Assembly (NCBI GenBank): GCA_963665615.2 | Contig: CAXXQE010000008.1 | Coordinates: forward strand, 62,001-126,000 | Direction: 5' to 3' | Origin: Syntrophales bacterium | Lineage (GTDB): Bacteria; Desulfobacterota; Syntrophia; Syntrophales; UBA4778 | Length of the DNA stretch: 64,000 bases | In this document: piece after piece, positions 20,700 to 31,065 of the stretch | How the letters are laid out: every line of letters starts with the position of its first letter | Numbering within the stretch: the stretch's first letter is position 1 | Notes under the pieces: generated by a model | Seen by the model: only the letters and a program-made list of their open reading frames with translations | Told to the model about the DNA's origin: nothing | Databases searched by the model: none | Position numbers and translations under genes: made by a program

Positions 20700-20792
20700 A
20701 TTGAAGCCATACCGGAGCAAGCGCCAGCAAATCTCCGATCCCCGAGGAAGATGTTTTATTGTGATCGCTCGCTTACCCCGCCGCAAGCTGCG
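20700..20792 (+). repeat. Dispersed ~110-bp palindromic repeat, copy A
   Basis: ATTGAAG...GAGCAAGC...ATCTCCGATCCCC...CCCCGCCGCAAGCTGCG, shared with 32549 and 45417. Confidence 0.7.
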
Positions 20793-20976
20793 ATGTAATA
20801 TCTTCCATATAGAGCTGCCCAAATATCTCCTGTTCTTAACCTGTTCATCGGCATTGCTCGTGTGGATACAAATCCGCCCCCTCCAATATTTCCTTCTGGG
20901 GGTGTTAAGAACAATTTCCCACTTATGCTCCTGTGCAGTTGCTCCAGCCCGGCTCTCGGGGAGTCTCAATGTTTAT

Positions 20977-22413
20977 CTATTTCTCTATACCTGCCACTTG
21001 CTTGGCATAATCGACATACTGCTTCAGATTAGCCTCTCTATAGGTTACGATCCTCTGGGCCTCGAGAGAGCCTTCACCGTGGAGCGTAGCGACAAGCCAG
21101 ACACCGCCTTCATCAGAGGCAGTAACGTCCTTGATCAGGTTGAGAGCCTTGAGCCTGTCTTCCGTCGGTACGCCGTCAACCCCTTTATAGTACTTTTCCA
21201 CGTAGGGCCTCAATTCGGGATTATTCCAATCTTCGAGTCCCGGAGCCGTAACAATGGCTCCACCGCCTATCTCCTGGACGTGCTTTACCATCTGATGGTA
21301 ATTCTCTGCGAAATAATGCTTGCCAAGATTGACGATAAGTCGGTGAGGGCTTGCAATATTCTCGATCAGTTGGGCCTCAAGCGCCGCCTCCCGGCCAAAA
21401 ACCCTGATCGAGGTTACATAGGCAACCAACTCTCCGATCTTGTCTCTTACATGTTTCGCCTTCGATACACCGTTATACTCAGCAATAAGCTGGGCGCTGC
21501 CGAGGAGCAGATCTGCCACTGGTCCTTTGTAGGCAACGGCGGTAAACCGGTGCCATGTGGCAAACGTATTTGCCATGTCGCCGGCATATTCGTATTCACC
21601 ACACATAAAGACCCGTTCCCAGGGCACAAAAACATCGTCGAAAATAGTCGTCGTCTCACTGAGTACGTTTTTCCCGGACTGAGGATATTCCCATACATCC
21701 TTTTTCTGCATGGGCCGCGCCATGAGAGTGACCCCTTTTGTATCCGCCGGAATACCAAAGGCAACGGCGTAGGGCTCGTCGCCGGGGCCGAAAGCCCGTG
21801 TCGGCGATACAAGGATTTCATTGCAATAAGGCCCTGCCGTTGTATGGGCTTTGGCCCCTCTGACCACAATACCGTCCGAACGCTTTTCAACAATACGGAC
21901 ATACATATCGGGGTCGGTTTGTTCTGAAGGTCTCTTTGACCGGTCGCCTTTTACGTCTGTTACTGCGCCGACAAGGGCAAGGTCATTTTCCGAGCAGTAC
22001 TCCCAATACTTCATGACCCGCTCGAAATAGCCAGTACCCAGTTTCCTGTCCATAACCTTGCAGTGCCGCATCCATGTGAAGAGTACGTCTGTGCCGATTT
22101 CCTTGATAAAGAGAACGATTCCATGACCCTTGGAGGTTCCGAAGTCAATGCAGCGAAAACGGGCCAGCAGATCCTGTGGGGTACGGGGGATATGATACAT
22201 TCTGCTGATCTCGTTGCCTGTGATTTCCGATTTAGACACGCAGAGTTCTTTGTTTTGGGGATCATGCGCCAGCGAGTAATCAAGGGAGCAGTGCTGAGCC
22301 CCCACTTTAAGGATCGGATCCGCAGTTACGTCGGCGACCCGTTTCCCGTTGACGTAGACGATCCTTCCGTCCCGCAAACTTTCAAAATATTGCTCTACTG
22401 TTTTTAAAGCCAT
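20977..22413 (-). CDS. 4-hydroxyphenylacetate 3-hydroxylase / 4-hydroxybutyryl-CoA dehydratase family flavoprotein
   Basis: TDVKGDRS..P..Q.DPD, GIVVRGAKAH, FDDVFVPWERVF, LHGEGS; AGGAGG RBS. Confidence 0.9.
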   Translation of the reverse strand: MALKTVEQYFESLRDGRIVYVNGKRVADVTADPILKVGAQHCSLDYSLAHDPQNKELCVSKSEITGNEISRMYHIPRTPQDLLARFRCIDFGTSKGHGIVLFIKEIGTDVLFTWMRHCKVMDRKLGTGYFERVMKYWEYCSENDLALVGAVTDVKGDRSKRPSEQTDPDMYVRIVEKRSDGIVVRGAKAHTTAGPYCNEILVSPTRAFGPGDEPYAVAFGIPADTKGVTLMARPMQKKDVWEYPQSGKNVLSETTTIFDDVFVPWERVFMCGEYEYAGDMANTFATWHRFTAVAYKGPVADLLLGSAQLIAEYNGVSKAKHVRDKIGELVAYVTSIRVFGREAALEAQLIENIASPHRLIVNLGKHYFAENYHQMVKHVQEIGGGAIVTAPGLEDWNNPELRPYVEKYYKGVDGVPTEDRLKALNLIKDVTASDEGGVWLVATLHGEGSLEAQRIVTYREANLKQYVDYAKQVAGIEK

Positions 22414-22702
22414 AGCCCTCCTCCTTTCTAAACCTGTAATCAACTGATCTGCTCCCGGAACATGCACCCAATTGACCTGCCCATAAATGTTGTACCACAT
22501 TTAAAGTTAGGATTCTGCAATTTCGAGGTTCCCCCAAAGACTGCCTTTACACATTCACATATGTATTTCCGATTACACATTTCTCTCAACAATGACCTCA
22601 ACCGCTCGCAGTGCAATCTTTCTATCTCTACAACAGGTTGCACATATCTACTGGTATGAGCCTTGCTTTTTATATTTTTAAACACATGCGGAGAGGGGGT
22701 CG

Positions 22703-22969
22703 ATGATGAGGGCTATGGGGTATTCCCATGTGAGCACAGACGAAAAATCGAGGCAAGGCGTTTCTCTATCTAATCAGGAGCAGAAAATTCAAGCCTATTG
22801 TACCGCCGGGGGCTGGGAGGTTGTCGCGGTCATTCGAGAGGAGGGATATTCCGGGAAGGATCTCAATCGTCTGGAGCCAAATGATCGGCTTTTCTCTCGG
22901 TTATTGTATCTATGTATCCAACTCATTTATCAATACCAAAATTTCTATCCAAAAAAAGAACGGCTGTAA
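22703..22969 (+). pseudogene. Truncated serine recombinase catalytic N-terminus
   Basis: GYSHVSTDEK..QGVSL..Q...EEGYSGKDLNR (Y.RVST..Q and SG...R motifs), then loses similarity. Confidence 0.75.
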
Positions 22970-22995
22970 GAACAGAAGAAGTTCTTACAGCCGTT
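22951..22995 (-). terminator. Terminator downstream of tRNA-Asn
   Basis: AACGGCTGTAAGAAC-N7-GTTCTTACAGCCGTT with a T run on the minus strand. Confidence 0.75.
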
Positions 22996-23001
22996 ATATA
23001 T

Positions 23002-23077
23002 TGGCTCCCCAGCGCGGACTCGAACCACGGACCCGATGGTTAACAGCCATCTGCTCTGCCGACTGAGCTACTGGGGA
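23002..23077 (-). tRNA. tRNA-Asn(GTT)
   Basis: TCCCCAGTAGCTCAGTCGG...CTGTTAA...GGTTCGAGTCC...GGGGAGCCA, 76 nt. Confidence 0.97.
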
Positions 23078-23131
23078 GTGCGTTCAAAAATGAAACTTGC
23101 TTTTATCCGAATTCCTCGCCAATAGCAAGTA

Positions 23132-23842
23132 TTATCGGCAGCTGACACATACCATCAGCTTGCTCATAGGCACGCCCGTTTTCTCGCTGATCTTGGCCAA
23201 CTGATCTACAGGCGCGAAGTAGCGGCCGCACTTGCTGCACGTGGCCATCTTGAAGACCTTGTCCCAGATAAGCCGCGTCTTGCCCGTATCCTCCATCTTG
23301 ACATAGCCCGTGGGGCAAACATACGCGCAGGAGCCGCAGCCAATGCAGACTTCGGGATTGAATTCGACCTTCGGGTCTTCTACATTGCGATCGAGCCCAC
23401 GATCAACAAAGGTCAGGGCGTTGGCCTCGACAACTTCGCGGCAGGCGCGAACACAGAGACCACAAAGAACGCAGTCCTGGGAATTCTTGTCTGATACGCA
23501 AATTTCAACACCGAGCTTCGCGGCGATGTCGCGCACGGTCTTGTCACCGGGATATTTGTAGTAGAGCATGCCGGCTGCGAATTTACGACTTTCCTTGACC
23601 TTGTCGGAGGCCGTCCGGATCTCCATGCCCTCTTCGACGGGTGTCGTACAGGATGCTGTAAGCGTCCATTTGCCGTCTGCCTTGACTTCTACCATGCATA
23701 GACGGCATGCCCCGAAAGGACTGAGGTCTTTATGATAACAGAGTGTCGGAATATCAATCTTGAGCGCGCGAACGCTCTCCAGGACCGATGCACCCTCTTT
23801 GGCTGTAACTTTCCGCCCGTCTATCGTTATATTTACCATCAT
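23132..23842 (-). CDS. NuoG/FdhA N-terminal-like 2Fe-2S plus 4Fe-4S subunit
   Basis: IPTLC...GACRLC..ASC, CVLCGLCVRAC, CIGCGSCAYVCP. Confidence 0.88.
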   Translation of the reverse strand: MMVNITIDGRKVTAKEGASVLESVRALKIDIPTLCYHKDLSPFGACRLCMVEVKADGKWTLTASCTTPVEEGMEIRTASDKVKESRKFAAGMLYYKYPGDKTVRDIAAKLGVEICVSDKNSQDCVLCGLCVRACREVVEANALTFVDRGLDRNVEDPKVEFNPEVCIGCGSCAYVCPTGYVKMEDTGKTRLIWDKVFKMATCSKCGRYFAPVDQLAKISEKTGVPMSKLMVCVSCR

Positions 23843-23939
23843 AATCCCCTTGATAATAAGATTTGATTCTTTCGGTCTTTTGCTCAGATTGTGAGTACCT
23901 CTAACTCTGGACTCCAAACTCTGAACACTGAACGGTTCT

Positions 23940-25841
23940 TTATTCCCAAACGATAACCCGATAACATCTCAGGCAGCGCTTGGCTTCCGCGGCGGCACGA
24001 GCGGCATCGAAGCCCCCTTCAACCTCCGCAAAGCTCGTCACGCGTTCCTTCGGGTCCACAAACTTGACCGGCTCAGCCTTTTTCCTGGTCGCATAGAGAG
24101 CATCTCGCTTGGCCTTTGCATCGATCTCCTTGAAGCGAACTTCCGGCTTAAATGTCTTGCCGGCGAGGTAAGCATCCATGCTGCAGGCGACATTGTTGCC
24201 CGCATCCAGCGCCTCGATCAACGTTGCCGCACCGGTGACACAATCGCCGCCGGCGAAAACACCTTCGATGTTCGTCTTATAACTCGCAGCATCCACCTTC
24301 ACGGTTCCCCAGTCGGTAACATCGAGAGCGGTGATGAAGCTCAGGTCCGAGGCCTGACCGGTTGCCGGCAGGATCATATCCGTCTTCACAACAAACTCGG
24401 AACCTTTGACTGGAACAGGGCGTCTTCTGCCGCTTTCATCCGGCTCGCCCAGTTTCATTTTGATGCATTCCAGACCGGTCACCTTGCCGTCCTTGGTTAC
24501 AACGGCAACAGGGGCGGTCAGATAGGTGAACTTCACGCCTTCTTCCAGCGCACCATCGATCTCCTCAGCATGCGCAGGCATCTCGTTGCGGGTACGCCGA
24601 TAGACGATTTCAACCTCGCCGAAACCGAGTCTTGCGCAGGTACGGGCGCAGTCGAGTGCCACGTTCCCGCCGCCGATGATCACAACTTTCTTCTTGGGCT
24701 CAACCTTCTTGCCCAAGCTGAAGTCTCTCAGAAAATCTACACCATCCACATACCCTTCGTAGCCGGCGTCTTCGCCCTTGCAGCCGATCTTGGTGCCCTT
24801 TTGAGCGCCAACCGCCAGGAACACGGCCTTGTAGCCCTGCTTCTGAAGGTCTTTCAGATCCAGCTTGGTGATCTTCGTATTCATCTTCATCTCAACGCCC
24901 ATGCGCTTGATGAGATCGGCTTCATGGCCCAGAATATCTTTCGGGAGGCGATAGTCGGGGATACCCGCCACGGCCATACCGCCCGCATGGGGAAGGGCAT
25001 CGAAAACCGTTACCGGATAGCCCATCGCGCGCAAATGATAGGCCGCTGCCAGACCCGCAGGACCGGCGCCAACAACGGCCACCTTTTCCGCTTTTTCCTT
25101 TGCGGGAGCCGTCAGGGCACTGGCGCCTTCCTTCAGAACGCAATCGGCCGCAGCCCGCTTCAGAAGGCGGATGGCCACAGGCTCATCCATATCGGCCCGG
25201 ACACAGGACTTTTGGCAGGGCGCCGGGCAGGTCCGCCCGATGGTGCCGGGCAGGATGCATCTTTCGCGGATGAGCTTAAGAGAATCCTCGAATTTGTAAT
25301 TCCGAATCAGTTCAATATAGCCGGGGATATCCAACTTGGCCGGACAGGCATGCATGCAGGGCGCCGACACCGCTACCGAATAATCCTTCGCCAGGAGCTT
25401 GGTTTTTCCGCTGATCAGATCGAGAAAGCTTTCACGACTTGCCGCTACGGCATCCGCAACCGGCATCAGCGATGCGCTTCCAAAATTGCATTTACTGTTC
25501 TCGGTGACGCCTGCCGCAATCGTGGCAATCGTAGCCAGATCCCCGTTGGATCCCTTGCCGGCATTCATGGCCTCGAAGAGCCCGAGCACGCGGTCTATTC
25601 CGATCGCGCAGACGGAGCACTCACCGCAGGACAATTTCCGAATCGCCTTGAGGTACCCATAAGCAAGAGAGGGAACATCGGCCTTGGGATCTGCCAGAAC
25701 CAGACCGTTCCATCCCATCAGCGCGTTTATCTTCTTGCCGTTGAGTTTCTCCGGAAAGTCGATTGCGGCGGCCTTTGCCCCAGACCCTTTTCTGTTATCC
25801 ACTATCTTTCCGTTCCAACTGCTAAATGAAACTGTGTTCAT
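23940..25841 (-). CDS. GltD/NfnB-like FAD/NAD(P)-dependent oxidoreductase with N-terminal NuoF-type 4Fe-4S domain
   Basis: SCGECSVC..C, APCMHACP, GAGPAG, GGGNVALD, EAKRCLRC. Confidence 0.88.
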   Translation of the reverse strand: MNTVSFSSWNGKIVDNRKGSGAKAAAIDFPEKLNGKKINALMGWNGLVLADPKADVPSLAYGYLKAIRKLSCGECSVCAIGIDRVLGLFEAMNAGKGSNGDLATIATIAAGVTENSKCNFGSASLMPVADAVAASRESFLDLISGKTKLLAKDYSVAVSAPCMHACPAKLDIPGYIELIRNYKFEDSLKLIRERCILPGTIGRTCPAPCQKSCVRADMDEPVAIRLLKRAAADCVLKEGASALTAPAKEKAEKVAVVGAGPAGLAAAYHLRAMGYPVTVFDALPHAGGMAVAGIPDYRLPKDILGHEADLIKRMGVEMKMNTKITKLDLKDLQKQGYKAVFLAVGAQKGTKIGCKGEDAGYEGYVDGVDFLRDFSLGKKVEPKKKVVIIGGGNVALDCARTCARLGFGEVEIVYRRTRNEMPAHAEEIDGALEEGVKFTYLTAPVAVVTKDGKVTGLECIKMKLGEPDESGRRRPVPVKGSEFVVKTDMILPATGQASDLSFITALDVTDWGTVKVDAASYKTNIEGVFAGGDCVTGAATLIEALDAGNNVACSMDAYLAGKTFKPEVRFKEIDAKAKRDALYATRKKAEPVKFVDPKERVTSFAEVEGGFDAARAAAEAKRCLRCYRVIVWE

Positions 25842-25930
25842 AATTATTCCTATCCTGTTTGGTCATTAGCCAATGATTATTGTGGCGACCTCATCTCATG
25901 AGGCGTTAAACAGCATCGTTCGGCCTTCGG

Positions 25931-26878
25931 TTACCAAGCCTCGGAGGTCTCTACCTTGCGAAGCAGCTTCTTCAGCTCGCGATTTACAATCTGCTGAGCC
26001 GTCTCGATATCCTTGGGCGTCAGATGGCGGAAACGTCCCTGCGACTTCATATACTCGGACACCGGGCGGAGCTTCTCGGGAAGATCGACCGTCAGGCGGT
26101 ACTTTCCGTTCTCCACTTCGTAGAGCGGGAAGACACCCGATTCAAGAGCGAGACGCCCCATCTTGATGACTTCGGGTGACTGGGAGCGCCAACCGGTCGG
26201 GCACACCGAAAGAACATGGATATAAGCCGGTCCATTGACGGCCTTGGCCTTCTGCACCTTGGCCATCAGATCGAGCGGATAGCTAGGGCAGGCCGTCGCC
26301 ACGTAGGGTACATTGTGGGCCACCATAATCTCCGCTATATTTTTCTTCCCCGTCTTCTGGCCGATGCTGGCCGCGCCTGCAGGGGACGTGGTTGTCGATG
26401 CACCGAAAGGCGTGGCGCTCGAACGCTGAATACCGGTATTCATGTAGGCTTCGTTATCAAGGCAGAAGAAGATCATGTTGTGACCTCTCTCCATCGCCCC
26501 GGATAGCGCCTGCAGACCGATATCGGCCGTTCCGCCGTCTCCGGCAAACGCAACCACCTTGACATCACGGTCCGCAATCCGCCCCTTCCGACGCAGGGCC
26601 TTCAAGCCCGCTTCAACACCGGAGGCTACCGCAGCGGCATTTTCAAAGGCCACATGAATCCAGGGTACTTCCCAGGTGGTATTCGGGTAGGCGGTCCCAA
26701 TAATTTCCATGCAGCCGGTGGCATTGGCAACGACAGTATCTTCGCCAAGGGCCTTCATGATATGCCGAAGGGCCAGAACCTCTCCGCATCCCTGACAGGC
26801 ACGATGCCCCGAGCTGAAAAATTCTCTCTTCTCGATCAGCTTGGGAGCGTAAAGCTCGTAATTTTGCATGATGCTCAT
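25931..26878 (-). CDS. porB: Pyruvate/2-oxoacid:ferredoxin oxidoreductase beta subunit
   Basis: [20 protein letters not shown] motif, [14 protein letters not shown]. Confidence 0.92.
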   Translation of the reverse strand: MSIMQNYELYAPKLIEKREFFSSGHRACQGCGEVLALRHIMKALGEDTVVANATGCMEIIGTAYPNTTWEVPWIHVAFENAAAVASGVEAGLKALRRKGRIADRDVKVVAFAGDGGTADIGLQALSGAMERGHNMIFFCLDNEAYMNTGIQRSSATPFGASTTTSPAGAASIGQKTGKKNIAEIMVAHNVPYVATACPSYPLDLMAKVQKAKAVNGPAYIHVLSVCPTGWRSQSPEVIKMGRLALESGVFPLYEVENGKYRLTVDLPEKLRPVSEYMKSQGRFRHLTPKDIETAQQIVNRELKKLLRKVETSEAW

Positions 26879-28053
26879 TATTCTCTCACCCCGTAAATGA
26901 TATAATCTTCCTTGGGTTGTTTCTTCTTGGCGTCAATCCCGCGTTTAAACATATCCTTGAAGTGTTCGACCGTCGTATCACGTCCGCCCAATCCGTAGAT
27001 GATGTTATCAATGATGGGCCGATTTTTTTCGCTGTAGAAGGCAGCGCGCACTTCGGAACCGACAGGTCCGCCAGGTCCGCCGAAGGAAATCGAACGGTCG
27101 GTCACGACCAGCACCTTGGCGCCCTTGACGGCTTCTTTGAGTTCTTCGAAGGGGAATGGTCTCCAGAGACGCAGTTTGATCAGTCCAACAGAATGGCCCT
27201 CGGCGCGCATTTCATCGACTGCCAAGGAGGCCGTTTCGCCATTGGAGCCCATGGTCAGAAGCAGGACATCGGCGCCTTCCGTTTTGTATGTCTCGACGGG
27301 CTTGTAGCTCCGGCCGAACTGTTTTTTCCATTCATCCCAGACCCGCAGGATGACCTTCTTGGAATTCTTTAACGCCTCATTCTTGGCCATCATGACTTCC
27401 GTAAAGATATCAGGGAAGGCGTAAGCGCCCATCGTCACCGGCTTGTCCGGATGGAGGGTGGCAAAAGGCACATACGGCGGCAGGAACTTGTCCACCTCTT
27501 TCTGGGTCGGGATCTCAAGGGGCTCGACCATGTGCGTCAACTGGAACCCGTCGATATTCATCACGATGGGCAACATGACATCCTTGTCCTCGGCGATCTT
27601 GAAGGACTGAATGCTCATGTCGATGGCCTCCTGGCCGTTTTCAGCGAAAAAACTGATCCAGCCGCTATCCCTCTGCAACATGACATCGGTATGGTCATTC
27701 CAGATGTTGAGCGGACCGGAGACAGCGCGATTGCCCAGCGCCATAACAATCGGCAGGCGCATCGCCGAGGCGATCGGCAAAATCTCGTGCATATACAGCA
27801 GCCCCTGGGAACTGGTGGCCGTATAGGTTCTGGCGCCCGCCCCCGACGCGCCGCAGCAGGCGCTGATAGCGGAATGCTCTGATTCGACCGTGATAAACTC
27901 CGCATCAATCTTCCCGTCGGCAACGATATCCGCCAGGTGTTCTGCGATATGGGTATTGGGAGTAATCGGATAAACGGCAGCCACATCAATATTACAGAGC
28001 GCAACGGCTTCCGCCGCGGCGATCGCCACTTCCATTCCAACACGTTTAGCCAT
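26878..28053 (-). CDS. porA: Pyruvate/2-oxoacid:ferredoxin oxidoreductase alpha subunit
   Basis: [26 protein letters not shown]. Confidence 0.92.
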   Translation of the reverse strand: MAKRVGMEVAIAAAEAVALCNIDVAAVYPITPNTHIAEHLADIVADGKIDAEFITVESEHSAISACCGASGAGARTYTATSSQGLLYMHEILPIASAMRLPIVMALGNRAVSGPLNIWNDHTDVMLQRDSGWISFFAENGQEAIDMSIQSFKIAEDKDVMLPIVMNIDGFQLTHMVEPLEIPTQKEVDKFLPPYVPFATLHPDKPVTMGAYAFPDIFTEVMMAKNEALKNSKKVILRVWDEWKKQFGRSYKPVETYKTEGADVLLLTMGSNGETASLAVDEMRAEGHSVGLIKLRLWRPFPFEELKEAVKGAKVLVVTDRSISFGGPGGPVGSEVRAAFYSEKNRPIIDNIIYGLGGRDTTVEHFKDMFKRGIDAKKKQPKEDYIIYGVRE

Positions 28054-28055
28054 AG

Positions 28056-28352
28056 TTACTTCTCCTCTTCCTTCATTTCGATGGCGCCCGGCCAGCACTC
28101 ATGGGCACAGATACCGCACCCCTTGCAGTAGTCCAGATCGGCCGTATAAAAACCCTCTTCCGTTTGCGCGATACAGGCCTCGGGGCAGAAAATATAGCAG
28201 ACTCCGCACTTGATGCATTTCGAATTATCCCACAACGGGACATTGGCGCGCCAGCTTCCGGTCTTATAGCTCCGGGCGCTGCCCGGCTCAAAGACAACGC
28301 ATCCGGGGTTCACATCTCTCCAGCCTTCCGGATATTGTTTTTTCTTAGTCAT
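28056..28352 (-). CDS. porD: Pyruvate/2-oxoacid:ferredoxin oxidoreductase delta subunit
   Basis: KTGSWR, CIKCGVCYIFCP, DYCKGCGICAHEC. Confidence 0.92.
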   Translation of the reverse strand: MTKKKQYPEGWRDVNPGCVVFEPGSARSYKTGSWRANVPLWDNSKCIKCGVCYIFCPEACIAQTEEGFYTADLDYCKGCGICAHECWPGAIEMKEEEK

Positions 28353-28368
28353 ATGCGTATCCCTCAGT

Positions 28369-28926
28369 TTATTTGCTGAACTTTTTGATTTTGACTTCGT
28401 CATAGGCCCGCTTGAGTGCATTCATATTCTTCTGCGCAATCTTACCGAAGCGATGTTCCACCGGCTCCTTAAGCGAATTAACCTTAACGATCTTAATAAG
28501 CTTCAGGATGGCTCCCAGCATTGTCGTGTTGGTGATCGGCACGCCAAGCTCCTCGCGGGCGATCTTCGTTGCATCAACTGTGGCGATTGTACCCTTGAAG
28601 TTTACCAGCGCGCTGATTTCTTCCGCCTTGAGCGGCGTATTGACGATCAGAATACCGTCCGGTTTCAGCCCCTCGACGACATTGACATATTTCATCAGGC
28701 TCGGGTCGAGTACGGCTACCACGTCGGGATGATAGATGTTGTTTCTTTTTCTGATCTGCTCGGTGTCGATCCGGTTGAACGCCGCCAAAGGCGCCCCGCG
28801 CCTCTCCGGCCCAAAACTCGGAAATCCCTGCGCATATTTCCCCTCGCTAATGGCGGCCACTGCCAGCATCTCGACCGATGTAACGGCCCCTTGTCCGCCT
28901 CTTCCATGCCACCTTATCTCAATCAT
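28369..28926 (-). CDS. porC: Pyruvate/2-oxoacid:ferredoxin oxidoreductase gamma subunit
   Basis: EIRWHGRGGQGAVT, FGPERRGAP. Confidence 0.92.
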   Translation of the reverse strand: MIEIRWHGRGGQGAVTSVEMLAVAAISEGKYAQGFPSFGPERRGAPLAAFNRIDTEQIRKRNNIYHPDVVAVLDPSLMKYVNVVEGLKPDGILIVNTPLKAEEISALVNFKGTIATVDATKIAREELGVPITNTTMLGAILKLIKIVKVNSLKEPVEHRFGKIAQKNMNALKRAYDEVKIKKFSK

Positions 28927-29228
28927 GTGATCCTTATCTCCCTAAATTTATTCGGCCTTTGGTCAATAGATTGTCAATTTCTTTAAAAACGAAGCCATAT
29001 TATACGGTTACGTGTTATTTCGCAAAAAGTGACCACACAAAAACACTGTTTCATAATATAAGACAGCACCTCATGTCAATCTTAAAAACGACGTTTATCC
29101 TTTTTTCTTTCACGCTTTTATTGCCATACGATCCATGCTATGGTCTGGCAGTCGTTCGCCCTGCAATTTCGCTTCAGGAAACTGAAGGCTCTAATTGGTT
29201 ACCGCAATAATCTCTTGACACGAAAAGG

Positions 29229-30107
29229 ATGTTAGCTCCGTCGATGTACGTTCACTCCGATAACTCCTGCACATTGACTCTGCGCAAAACCGCCTTGTGG
29301 ACTCTTGGCGTTCTCTGCTGGTTTGGTGTTGCGCGTGCGGCGCTTGCTCAAGAACCGATCCGGGTGGAGCAACTCGCGGCTGGGATGGAATACAGAATCT
29401 ACGGAATCAGTGCGCCAATGTCGCCAGCAGTGAAGATCCACGTCTTGCGGATTGATCCCTCCCGCTTCAAACTCAGACTGCTGACCGCATCGCAGACAGA
29501 CGCCAAGCTCCGTACGGCATCGGCGTGGTGCGACGATTTTCACCTCTTGGCAGCCATCAATGCGGGCATGTTCCTCAAGGACTACTCCACCAACGTCGGA
29601 TACCTGCGCGTCGGGTCACACATCCAAAACGGACGATGGAACAGGAAGTACGCCTCCGTGCTCGCCCTGGAACCGCTGGTGCCGGGAATGCCCGCCGCAC
29701 TCATGGTCGATCTCGATGAGCCTGAAAGTAAAAAGAAGTTGACCAGCTATGGCTCGGTTGTTCAGAACCTGCGCCTACTGAAGGGAGACGGTCAGAACGT
29801 CTGGGAACGCTCAGAAAAAAAATGGAGCGAAGCCGCCGTGGCCACGGATCGTGAGGGGAAAATTCTGTTTCTCTTTTGCCAGACGCCGCTGACGATGTGG
29901 GATTTCAACCGGATCATCACGTCTATGGGACTCCACATCGTCCGGGGAATGCATCTGGAGGGGGGGCCGCTGGCGAGTCTCTCGATCAGAAGCGGCCAAA
30001 CCTCTCTGGATCTGGCCGGGGTCTATGAATTTGGAGGCGATGCGACGGAGAATATTAGCGGTCGCCAAATGCCAATTCCCAATGTCATTGGGGTTGCGGA
30101 GAAATAA
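29229..30107 (+). CDS. Phosphodiester glycosidase (NAGPA-like) family exported protein
   Basis: VLRIDP, AINAG, HLEGG; signal-like N-terminus; start uncertain. Confidence 0.75.
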   Translation: MLAPSMYVHSDNSCTLTLRKTALWTLGVLCWFGVARAALAQEPIRVEQLAAGMEYRIYGISAPMSPAVKIHVLRIDPSRFKLRLLTASQTDAKLRTASAWCDDFHLLAAINAGMFLKDYSTNVGYLRVGSHIQNGRWNRKYASVLALEPLVPGMPAALMVDLDEPESKKKLTSYGSVVQNLRLLKGDGQNVWERSEKKWSEAAVATDREGKILFLFCQTPLTMWDFNRIITSMGLHIVRGMHLEGGPLASLSIRSGQTSLDLAGVYEFGGDATENISGRQMPIPNVIGVAEK

Positions 30108-30154
30108 AGTTAGCTTGAAAGTCGGAAAGAACTGGACCGGCTCCGCACCGTTAG

Positions 30155-30865
30155 TTAGTTGCCCGCGTTCGGCACCTGTCGTTTCGCCCACAGACGGCCG
30201 ATGATTAGAACGCCCCCCGCACAGAGGATCTCTACAGCATAGACAACTGGTTTCGAGGGCTGGAGACACCGTATCAGAAAGGGATCCGTCATGATCATGC
30301 TGCCGCCGACCTGCCCTAAAATGCCTCCCCCGATTATAACGATAACAGGATATCGATCCATTAAAGAAGCCAGCACCTTGCTGGTGAAAATGACCATTGG
30401 GATACTCATCGCCAAGCCAATCAATAAGAGAAGGAAATTACCGTGGGCGGCCCCGCCGACAGCCAACATGTTGTCAAGCGCCATGGTCAGATCGGCGATC
30501 ACAATAATTCGGACAGCCTGCCACACACTGGCGGCGTATTTCCCGTGGTCATTGCCGCCACCGGCGTCCGTAAAGAGTTTGAAAGCAATCCAGAGAATCA
30601 GTAAGCCGCCGGCAAATTTGATAAATCGAACCTCCAACAGCAGAGCAACGCAACCCGTGAAGAGCGCTCGAAGGGCGACCGCCCCTATCGTTCCTAGGGC
30701 AATGCCTTTCATTCTCTGTTTTTTGGGAAGAGTGTGAACCGCCATGGCAATGACCACGGCGTTGTCCCCAGACAGGATCAAGTCGATGAAAAATATATTC
30801 AGGAAGGAAAGAAGAAAGGCCGGCGTCCACTCAATATGAAAGATGGTTCCCCAATCAATAGCCAT
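30155..30865 (-). CDS. TerC/YjbE family membrane protein
   Basis: IDLILSGDNAVVIAMA and IADLTMALDNMLAV motifs. Confidence 0.92.
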   Translation of the reverse strand: MAIDWGTIFHIEWTPAFLLSFLNIFFIDLILSGDNAVVIAMAVHTLPKKQRMKGIALGTIGAVALRALFTGCVALLLEVRFIKFAGGLLILWIAFKLFTDAGGGNDHGKYAASVWQAVRIIVIADLTMALDNMLAVGGAAHGNFLLLLIGLAMSIPMVIFTSKVLASLMDRYPVIVIIGGGILGQVGGSMIMTDPFLIRCLQPSKPVVYAVEILCAGGVLIIGRLWAKRQVPNAGN

Positions 30866-31065
30866 GATCGTTTTGCCTCTCGTCCAAAGAATCGGAAATT
30901 TCCCGAGGCAAGCCACGGTGGATCTCCGTTCCTCTAGGAAAACGTTCCGCTATGATCCACTCCCGTTCCCGCGGTTAGCTGGAGGAATACGCGCGTTGAC
31001 AGATTCGCACCAGCGGGGATGAGCCTTCCCGGAGACCAAATTGGTGAATCGTCTGGCCCTTCGAA

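Noticed and set aside
20701..21927. 408-aa plus-strand ORF
   Set aside because: Antisense shadow of the HpaB-family gene; no recognisable motifs
24570..25829. 419-aa plus-strand ORF (likewise 47180-48394, 49586-51067, 45714-46679)
   Set aside because: Antisense shadows of well-supported GC-rich genes
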